IMG/VR virus record: IMGVR_UViG_3300012953_000190 | Coordinates: 1-26,541 of that record | Direction: 5' to 3' (one strand) | DNA from: a virus | Lineage: Duplodnaviria > Caudoviricetes | Length of the DNA: 26,541 nt | Shown here: piece after piece, positions 10,016-22,000 of the stretch | Layout: every line of letters starts with the position of its first letter | How positions within the stretch are numbered: position 1 is the stretch's first letter | Translations under genes and position numbers: made by a program | Notes under the pieces: model-generated | What the model was told of the DNA's origin: nothing | Database searches by the model: none | What the model saw: the letters and a program-made list of their open reading frames with translations, nothing else

Positions 10016-13000
10016 TTAAGATGGTGTAATTAATCCACCTGTTTTGGCAAGTGTATCTGATCCACCAGTTCTTTTAAGTGTTGGAAAAGTTGACAATCCT
10101 GAGTCAACAGTGAGTCCTCTTACATTGAATACTATAGGTGAAGATGATCTAGTAAATCCACTTATTTTCCCAACAGAGTACTTACCCACTGGTGCTGTTA
10201 TGAACCCAACAGCACTCATGCCTGATGTTACTGTGTTTGAGTCTATACAACAGGTAACAAAACCAACATCACCATTATTGGTAAAACTAGCTACCTGATA
10301 GATGTTATCAACAAAAGTAGTTCCTGTCCCTACAATTGCATCATTTTCTCCACCATTAATTAATGATGTTACTCCTGCACCAACATTTGTATCAAAGATA
10401 TAAACTGGATCACCAACTCCTATTGGGTTAAAATCAGCACCACTTCTCTTAAGTGTAAATGTGATAGCTAAATTAGTATTGAACATTGTAGTTGAAATAC
10501 CAGTTACAATACCAGTGCTTTCCGCAATAGTAATTCCAGTAGTTGTAAGATTTTCATATTTAAATGGTGGTTTTTCAATAATACATTGTGGTGGATTTGT
10601 GTTTGTGTAACCTGAACCTGCAGTGAAAACTCCAGCAACAGTAACCGTACCGTTAGCATTAGCAACTGTTGACCCTTTAGCAGTTGTGCCACCACCAACA
10701 GGTGCAGCAACTTGAATCATAGGAGCATATGTGTAACCTGAACCACCATTTGTAATAGTAAATCCTGATATTGTTCCAGCAGCACTAACTGTTGCTGTCA
10801 CTGCTGCACCAACTGTAAGTTCTCCTGAAATAAGATCAGCAGTGAAAATAGGAGGTGTTTCTTCTTCATAATTAAAATACTCTGCATTGTCAACAAAGAA
10901 GAATGAATCAGATTGGATAACATCGTCAATTATTTTTGAATTTGGAATTATTCTTGGTTCAAGTTCAGATCTCTTCTTAGAGAAGAAAACTTTATTGATT
11001 GTTTTATCAACTTTTTGTCTAATCAATGTTAAAGGTCTTGACACTGTATCAGTAATACCTTGATTCTGATATACATTTGTCTCTAACGTAGTAGATGTTC
11101 TTATTCCTGTTACTGTACGATTATCTTGAGTTTCTATTTTGTTTCCAAGAGAATCAATAAATGATTCAATTCTAACTTCATCACCAGTTTTAATAATAGA
11201 TGTTCGACCCTCTACTACTTCAGAATCCACTCCTCCAGTACCTTTATAGAATAAGATACTTATATCATCAGCGTCATTTTTACCAGGTGTGGATTCACCA
11301 GATGGTGGTTCACTAAAGTTAATAGCAGTTCCACCTGATATTGTATATGCGTTGATTGGTTCTTGAATTATACCATTAACTGTTACTAAGAATATATTTT
11401 CAATTGATACTGAACTTATTAAGTTTGCAGAAGCTTCAACACTTATTAGTTCATTATTAAGGTTTAATGGGAATTTAGTTCTAACTCCATCTTGAAGTGG
11501 TTTTATTGAATCAATATAATCAAATTCACCAAATTGCCACATTGCAAAAGAATCTGAATATATTTGATCTACAGAAAGGGTTGATTTTGGTGAGAATGAA
11601 TCCATTCCTTTTGCAGTAACCAAACCAACAGCTTCAATAACATCACCTTTTTTAAATCCAAAACCAGAATTAACTATCTCATATTTTGAAACTTCGAATA
11701 AAGTTGATCCAATTCCTGTTGTTGCACTTGCACTAACAATTACATTTACCTTCAAATTAGATCCAGTATCTGTTGTTGCACCGATTCCAAGTCGTGAAAC
11801 CCCAGTTACTGCCAAATTTGAATATGATGGTTCTGATACAAATACTTCAGGATCTTTATAATTTGATCCAGCAGCATCAATTGTAAATATTGCAGTTCCA
11901 CCAACTCCAGCTACAGCACTTATCTGTGCTCCTGTACCAACATTAACATGTGCATCTACACTAAATATATCATCATTTATTTTAGTGATAGCTGTATTAA
12001 TACCTGCAATTGGATCAGTTGATCTTGGATATCCATGAATAGTTTTGAAATCATCTCTTGAACATGTAAATCTAACCGAACCAGTTTTAATTAAAACTAA
12101 ATCATTCGTACTCATGCCATGACTAGGGGAGGTAATAATTAAAATACCTGTTACTGGATCATATTCAGCATCAATTGCAGTAATATCACCACCAGAAGCT
12201 TTATCAACTCCATTTATATCAGCAGACACAAAACGATGTTCATATCCAAAGTCTTTTACATTAACATCTATAGTCCCAAGACCATTATATCCAGATCCAA
12301 ATCTTAAACCACTAAACCAAGGATATGCATTACCAGATCCAACATACGTATGAGGAATTGTGCTTACACCTATTTTAACACCAAATACATTTGTTGCTGC
12401 GATTGATACTATTGGGAATTTATCTCCTATTGTTCCATCAGGGAAGATAGTTGTTGTAACTCCAGCATAAGATGGGGCACAATCAAATTCTAAACCTCCC
12501 AGTAATACTTCTTCATTAGAATTTTTAAATTTGTGTTCATTAACAGTTTTGACTGTCATTATACCTGTCACTTCATTATAGATGGCAGTTTGAATTCCTA
12601 ATGCAGATCCACTATATGCAACCCCAACAATACTTGTTATTGCTCCACCAGCATCAGTAAGTGCCTTTACTTTTGCACCTACAGTTGGTGCATATCCTAG
12701 ACCTGTAACTGTAGATCCGAATGAAACGGGAACACCTCCTCTTGGTAACTCATTTAAATTAATATTATTATTAGATATGAAGGGTGATCCATCAGATGAT
12801 GTAATTCCTGTAAAGAATACACTTGAAACACCAGATGCACCAGTTCCATTTTCTATTATCTTAAAGTTTTTACTTGGATTATTAACTGTTGATGGAGATT
12901 GGAATACACCATTTACAAACAAAATACCAGATCCACCAGTCGATCCCAAACCAACCGTATTTGCTCCACCTACTTTAAGTGTAAACGTAGTAGTAATGCC

Positions 13001-16000
13001 TGTAAATTGGTCAGAAATGTCATCATAAATTTCATTTGTTCCATAATTATTTCTTAAATAAACTCTACCATTAAAATCTGATCTTGGAGTGTCTAGATTA
13101 CTATCATCTTTGGATGTATTTGGATTACCTCGTGGTGGATCAGTAAAGAATACTTTACTTCCAACAATGTTATAGTTACCTCTAAATCTTTCAATTGTTG
13201 TACCATCAGAGTGAGTACTATTAACAGTACCAACAAAAGATCTTTCAACTTCAACTAAACTAAATGTTCCTGAAGTTCCAACTGGTGATCCATTAGTCGT
13301 TGCAAATCCAACATTTGTCACTTTAACAAATTCACTATCTATTTTTAATAGGTCATTTACTGATATTGTACTAATACCACTCAAATTGATAATCGTTGTA
13401 GTTAAACCTACTTGAGAACCAACATTATTTTCTAAAGTATGTGATACATTAGTTCTAATTAAAGGGTATTGTGCAGTATCATCAACTGATATTAATGCTT
13501 TTTCATTACGTTTTGCCATGGTAAATTCATGGAAATTACCTTCACCAACTCCAGTAAATGTAACTGCGGTACCTGCTCTTGTGGTAGATATGAAGAATGC
13601 CTCTTTTGTAACCGTTTTTGCAAAAACTGTTGTTGGTAAAGTATCAATTATTGATCCATTTTTAAATTGCATTGGAGTTGAACCCACACCAACAAATGTA
13701 GATTTAGGTGTGTAAATTAATTCTTCATTCTCTCTAAAGAAATGGTTGGGTATATTAAATTTACCAGTAGATAAGGTCACATCTGATGCCAGAGATGGAT
13801 TTAAATTTTTTGAAAATATTGAAACATTATTATTTTTTAAATCAAATTCTGTTTTATTGACTCTATCACCTTCAACTGCATTATATTCTTGAACAGTATT
13901 ATCTTCTGTAATTGGTCCATATGTTAAGGTTAATGGATCATTTTCTTTATCAAGAATGGTATAGAAACAATGATTTAAAGTAACTACTGTAGAAATACCG
14001 ACAGAATCGTCTGGGTGAAATTCTATTTTAAAATGGGTTGCTGAATAGGAAGCACCAAATGTTCCTAACCCAGATGATGGATCATATTCTGTATTACTGT
14101 TTTTTGTAACTGATAGTGATCCAGATGGTTGAATATAAGCATTTGTTCCATCATGTAGTGCTGTAATTTCATGTACTGCCTTAGAAGCACCAATGCTAAC
14201 TTCAACAACAGATTTTACTGAATTAAATAATTGCGAATTTATACTGACGAAAGTAGAAACACCTGTATTTACTGATGTAATTCCTGAATATATCGAAGTC
14301 CTTTCAGAACCGTTCAACTGATTGGGTGATTTAAATCTATATGTATCATTAGCAATAAAAACTGTACCAAAACCAATATTTTTAGATTTTACTTTTACTG
14401 GATTTGAACTATTATTATTAAACGTTACAAACATGTAAGGATCAGAACCAATGTTTGTAATGTAAGATGTCACAACACCAATTTGATTAAGAGATAAACC
14501 ATTCGGACCAGAATCAGCATATGCTTGTGCAGTAAATGTATCATCACCTGAGTTTGTAACAAATGCTTCGATGAAATTCATACTATTATCTACCGTATCA
14601 ATAGCATGAATAGAAGAATAATTTGATTCATAAAACAGATTAGAACCAGTGCCATGAGTTAAATTGTATGCTGCAATCAGTGCTGTACCATTTGCTGCAC
14701 ATGTTGCAATTCTAGAAGTCAAGAATATAGGGCCAACAGCTAATGATCCAACACCATCAATGTCTGTATTGAATTCTGATGTGAATATTTTTAAATCATA
14801 GTCAATATCAGAGTTAGGATCTGAAGTTGGTTCAAATCTAAATGATTCAATCTCAGTAACATTATCTTCATTTAATTTAAATGTTGCAAAATTACTTTCC
14901 TTAGAATTAGTTAAACCTATACCAGAGTTTATTAATTTAGATTTCTCTAATAAAATATTATTAGAACCATTACTTAATAATATAAACTCAGAAAATTGTA
15001 TTCGATTTGATGAACCAGAAGCACTTGATACTCTTATTAATAAATTTTTAAATACTTGCTGTGAACCAAATTCAAATAAATCAATAAATTTATTAGGATT
15101 TCCTTCTAAATTAGAAAATTCTTGATTAATATTATCAATGATCAAAACATCATTTGAATTACAACTTACAAAATTAGATAATCTTATATTATCAAAGGAT
15201 ATTTTTCTTGTTGTGTTATCAGCAAGAACATCTTCATCTCTAACTGTATCAATACTTCTAATCTCATCAACTCTTTTTACACCTTCTAAATCTACTGTGA
15301 CATCTATACTTTCTGTGGATCCTATACTCGCATTACTTGTTGAAGTAATACCAGTATCTGCAAAGTTTTTCATTCCACTAGTATGCAGGATATTATTTAC
15401 AGAAGTTCTTAGATCTTTCCATTCAACAGAACTTTGAATAGAATATGACATATTCTGATAGTAGTCATTATCAGATATTACTTGAAAATCTTCACTTAGT
15501 TTACCTATATTATTATTCCATCCAACATCTTTTAAACTTGAAAAATCAGTCTTTAATCTTGCTTTGTTATTTAAAACTTTTGATACATCTGCTTCACTTC
15601 CACTAATTTTACCTAGAACTCGATCACCAACAATCAAAGTTTCTTTTGTAAATACTTTTAAATTACCTATATTTGATCTAACAATCTTAAATTTCCCAGA
15701 TTGTAAATTATTATTTCTAAACACATTTAATTCTTCACCCAATATAAATCTAGACTGATTTTGAGTTATAAAGAACTTAGGATAATCTAATTCATTTATT
15801 ACATTTGCAAATGAAGTTACAATCGTTTTTGCAATACCTGTATTGTTTGACCCATATTCTGACACATCAATAGTTACCTCCGCAAAACCAGCAACATTTC
15901 CATCAAAACCAGTTACTTTTAATAAATTATATCCATAATCTTTTGAATTAAATCCTGATCCTATACCAGAAATTTTTTCTATACCTTCAACAAATACTCT

Positions 16001-19000
16001 ATCATTAACAGCAAATGGATTTGAAGAGAACTGTCCTTGAGGTGTTGCTAATTTACATGTATAAGATGCACCTGCATTTGATTTTACTTCCAGTATAGTA
16101 ATACCATTAGTATTATTAGTAGTTCTTAATGTAACTGTATTTGCAGGTAATCCAACTGGAATTTCATTTATATTTACGGAGAGAACACTATTTTCTAACA
16201 TTACTGGTTCTAAGAATCCACTATCAATTTCTTGACCATTATCTGAATTTACAATTATTATATTTGGAGCAGTAATATAATCAGATCCACCATTTGTTAC
16301 ACTTACAATACCTAGAGTTTGGGAATTTACTATTTCTATAGTTGGAGATATTAAACTTTCTGGTTCTAAAGTTTTGTCTGATGAATACTCAAATCCTTCA
16401 TTTATAATTCTTACCGATTCTACAAATCCTATTGTTTTTGATTTTGGTACAATTACCGCATCTCTACCAATTGAACTCTCTTGCACACCCACAAAATTAG
16501 GTAACTCTTTATAATTTGATCCGCCACTTATAATATTAATTTGACTAATACCACCAGATGTATTTTTAGATGATGTATCATATCTAATTACATCACATTC
16601 GGCAGGTGTGTATGATAGTTTTTCAGGTTTTTTATTTAAAAATAAACTAAATGAAGTGTCATCAATTTTTGTTATATTATATAATCCATTATATTCACTA
16701 TCAATAAATTTAATTTTAGAATTGTTTTTAACATCTACATCAGTTGTACTAATAAATCCAGTTTTTTCTAGATTATAATATAAAAATTTTGGTAAACTAG
16801 TGCCATATCCAATAGTTAAAATAGCAGTAGTTGCTATTCCGACTGTTCCAACACCTGTTACATTAAAATTATCGGTTTTTCCATCAGATATAAATTCATT
16901 TTTGAATTTTTCATCATAGAATAATTTAAATTCATATCCAGATAGTGAAGAATCTGATAAATCAAACGTTAAATTATTATTTTTAATTGAATGTATTTCT
17001 GGATTAATTTTTGAAATTAACTGTGATGATCCACCTGTCGATCCTATACCTATTACATTAGGAATATTTTTAGTTGCATCAATTAATGTTTCACATAATT
17101 TTATATTATCATTATCAACTTTGTATGTGAAATAATTTTTATCAGATAGTCCTTCTGGTAATAAATTTGATGAATATTTAACTTTGTCTCCAGTCACAAG
17201 TTCATGATTATTAATATTAATTGAATTTGTGATAGTGTTTATTCCTGTTGAATTAAATCCAATAGGATTGACTAAAATAAAACCAGTTTCTGAATCTCTA
17301 GATATCCTTACCGCAGTTGATGTTCCAATACCAACTGATAGATTGGGATTAACTATTAGATCAATTTGATCATTAGTTTCTAAACTATGGGAAGTTGATA
17401 CACTTACAACTGTGTTTATCTTTTCAATATCACATGTTACTTGATCAAAATCAGTTTCTAACAAAAATTTATCATTATCACCATTTGTTAAACTTACAAA
17501 ATAAACCTCATTAAAGTTAGCACCCAACCCAGTTTTTATCCCAATTGTATCTTTACTTTTATTAACAGCATATAATGAAGTTGGTATATTAAAAGTAGTT
17601 GATGGATCATTATTTGTAGATATTGCAATATTAGTACCAGCAGGTTTAGATAATATTAATTTTTGATTGGTCTTTAATCCATGATTTTCTAAAGTAATCT
17701 CTCTTATAGGAGTATTTCTTATTATATTTTTTCCAGCAAAATCAAATGTAACCGTATGTTCAGTTCCATCAAATGTACCAACCCCAACTGTTTGATTTGG
17801 ATTAAAAAATATTTTCTTATTTACTTGCGATTCGAATTTTGATATTAACTTACTAAATGTAAATTGGTTTGATATGTAATTAATATTTGAACCCTTTGGA
17901 TGCTCTGTTCCAAATGATGGATCAGAAGATCTTTCTACTGTCAAAACATTTATATCTTGATAGATATTTAAAATTTTAAGAGTCTCAGTTCCTATTCCAA
18001 TACTACTTCCTACAGAAATATTAGATGGTACACTAGAAACAAATATTTCAGTTGTCAATCCTGCAGAGGGTGATCCAGTAATTGTTGAAATTGAAATAGA
18101 AGATAAGGTGTTTATTCCAATTTTAACTTGATCATTCAGAGATGATAAATCGGTAGTTAATCCTGTGATACTTATAATATCATTAGATTTAAAATTATGA
18201 CTATTTGGTGTAGATGCGGTTATAGTATTTTCAGACCATGTAAGTATAACATTTTGTATTTTCTCAATAGTAGTATTCAAATTTGATATAGATTTACCAT
18301 TTACTTTCGATATTGCTGCTGATAGATTACTACCACCTGTATTATTACTATCAAATCTTAGTAACTCATCAACCTTATAATCAGATCCAACATTTAAAAT
18401 ATTAAATCCTGTAATAGATCCAGAGGATACTGAAGTAATTTCCATTTGTTGATCATTAATCTCATTGGTTTCAACAAGAAAATCATTATTAGCAAAATCA
18501 TCTGATACTTTGTATGGAAATGTATTTCTTAAAATACTTCCTTGATTAAAATCAAATTTTGTTTGTAAAATATTATTGAAGTTATGTTCTATTTTTTTAG
18601 ATCTATAATTTGATCCTATAAAGTATGGGAAAGTAGGTTTGTTATTTGAATCTACAGTAGCATGATAAACATATGTTCCTTGAGGAAATTCTGATGTTTT
18701 TTCAAATCTACCATTATGTTTATCCAAATCTCCATTATTTGTAAAAGTATAATCCTCCACAAAATATCCATCATCAAAATTAGGTCTATCAATAATATTT
18801 GATGTAATCAATTCATATCCAGATTCCAATCTCTTTTTACCTACATTATTACTTGGAAGGTTTGATGGGTCTGCAAAAGCAAATGGTCCATAAATTGGAT
18901 TGCCATCATAAGACCATCCGATTAATTCAGATACAGAATCACCACCATCTTTAAATGGACTTGTAGAATATCCAACATAACTAAATTTCAACTTATTTTC

Positions 19001-22000
19001 CGATTCTTCTAGAAGTTCAAAATTCTCTCCACTATTTTTATTAATAGTTAAAGATCTTATATTTGGATCAAATAAGGCATTAGTACCTGTAGATTTAACT
19101 TTTATATTAGTTGATGTTGAATATCCAATACCAGAATTGGTAATAATAACATCTTCTAATTTCTGATTTACAATTATTGGTCTTATTTGAGCTCCAACAC
19201 CTAGACCTGTTGGATCTTCAATAATAACATCAGGTGTTGAGAAATATTCACTTCCCTTATTTTGAATGTTAACATCAATTATTTCCCCATTCTGAATTAC
19301 TGGACTTAAAACTGCATTTTTACCTTGTTTTAAAGTTATTAAAGGTTTTCTATGATTGTTTATTATTGTTGATCCATACCCAGTTCCTGTTTCATAAAGA
19401 TATACTTGTTCTATTGATCCCTTTACTTTTGGTGTTGCAACTATTGTCTTTTTCAACGGTATTGTTGTAGTTCCAATTCCGAGAGTGTCAAAATTAACAA
19501 AAACTTTTATATCTGGAAACATAAAGGTTTGTAAACCTGTTCCAGTTGATTCTAATGAAGTTATTTTACGTCTATTATAATTTGACGTAATTGTTCCCCC
19601 AATTCCAGCATCACTTAAATTAAATGAATTATCATCATTTTTTAAAACATAGTATGCATTATCTGTATTCAAACCAACAATATTACCAGAATATTCAATT
19701 AATTCACCATCTTTAAATCCATGATTATTAAAAGTAACAAGATTAGTACTAGAAGATATTCCAGTTGGTTTTACAAATAGTTTTCTATTTGTATAATTTT
19801 GTCCACCATCTATAACATTAACACCTAGTAATGAATTTCTTAAACCAACTTTAAATATATGATCCCCTAAACCACTATTGACATTAAAGTTTATTTTCGG
19901 AGAACCTGCTTCATAATTTTGGAAGTTTTCATATAATTCTATTGTTTGACTATTTTGTACTTTTGGATAGTAAACAGAACCACTTACCAATCTATCAGTT
20001 CCAACACCAACAACTTTAATTGGTTCACGGGAATATGAATCATAAATTATCGGTTCTCCGTCAGCAAAATTATGATCTCCAATAAATGTTATTGTCTCAC
20101 TTATAGTATTAATACCACTACCAGTACTTATTTTAGGTTCAGTGCTAAAAAATACCTTTCTAAATCTTGTTCCTATTACAGGTTCTAATACACATCCTGT
20201 ACCATTACCACCCGTAATACCAATTGATACTACTTTATCAATATCAAAATTTTGAGGATCTACTAAAACATCTTCAATTTTACCAACCACAACAGGTTGA
20301 ACTAAAGCAGTTGTACCAATTCCATTTGATATTGTAATATTGGGTAAATTAATAACATCATAATTATTACCACCATTTAATAAATCAACAGATGATAAAG
20401 GTCCAAAGAATATTTTATCTGCAGATTTATAATTAGTAATTTCAACTCCATTAATTAACATCCCTGTCTGTCCTACAGGAGTCAAATCATCATCACCATT
20501 TGAAATATTCTCACTTAAATTGAATTTTTTAAATAATTTTTGAGATCCAATTTCATTTGATCTCTGAGAGAATAATATAAAATTATGAATACTAGTATCT
20601 GAATTTTTTTTGAATGTTAAATTTTTACCATTACCGATTGCTGAAGGAGATCCATATAACTTAAATGTCTTATTATCAATAAGTTTAACAAAATAGGAAC
20701 CCGTCTCCAATCCCACGAGTGAACCACCTTGAGAATCATAAAATATTTTATCATCATTTTTAAATGGAACTTCTATCTCAAAACTTATGCTTGAGAATGA
20801 GTCATCATCTACAACATCAGTAAGAGTTGCAATTCCTGAAGATGCTGAACTTGTAGTACCAAATCCTACTGAAACAAATTTTGTTTGCTCAGTTATCTGA
20901 TTAAAGAATTTATTTGACTGATCAGGTTGTGCAGTAAATGATGGTAATGAATTGGATGCTACATATGCGATATCATCTTGAGTATATACATTTTGAACAT
21001 CAGATATTAGAGCATTACTTCCAAATTCAATTGGTGTATTAGAACTATTTGGTTTATTAAGTCTTTTTCTTAACTTATATTTACTTCTATCCTCTTCTGT
21101 TAAAAGATCTGGTATGATACTACTATCACTTAATGTAACTTTATTATTTGTAATAGAATTTACGTAAATTGTGTCTGAACTTTCAACTATAGTATTACTT
21201 TCTCTATTTACAATATCTACTTTATCCCCCTCTTTCAAACTTGATCTATCAATAGTACCTCCCAATGTAAATTCACCACTCTCCTTATTAGTAATGAAAT
21301 ATGATGAACTAGTGTTATAAATCCAAGAATTGCAGAAAATTTCCTTAAATGATAATTTATTATTTTCTACTTTATCACCAATATTCTTAACTGATATTAA
21401 TTCACCCTCATTAATATCAATAATATCACTTTGTTCAAATTCAGATAGAACTCCAGTTAATCTAAGAACTACCTTGTTGTCTAAATTACCATCTTCAAAT
21501 CCAAAGTAAGTTACGTCAGATCTAATATTTTCTATTGGATTAATAGTAACACCTACACCTGTACAATTTAAAAACTGGTTTACTGTTTTATCAGTGTATT
21601 GAATAGTATTAATTCCAGATATAATTGTTCCTGCAGTTCCAAAACCAATTGTTGAATCTACTGTAATTACACTAGATCCTACTGATACTTTCTCAATTAC
21701 TTTTGTATTTGGTACAACAACAAAATCTCCTGCAATATCCGAACTTTCATCATAACCTACAAATAACCCAATTTTATAATATGTTGTAATTCCACTTAAT
21801 CCAGAATCTCTTCGTTCAAAAGGTTCAATTTCAGATATTGAGGCGTTTACGTCAATACTAAGATCACTTCTGAATAAAGTTTGTCCTGTTAATCCTTTAA
21901 GTAATGATTGACCTTGAAGTTTTCTAGGATTTCCTTCTAAAAGTTCTGCAACACAAACTCTTCGTCTAACATAGTCAGCTGATGATGGTTTTATTAATCT

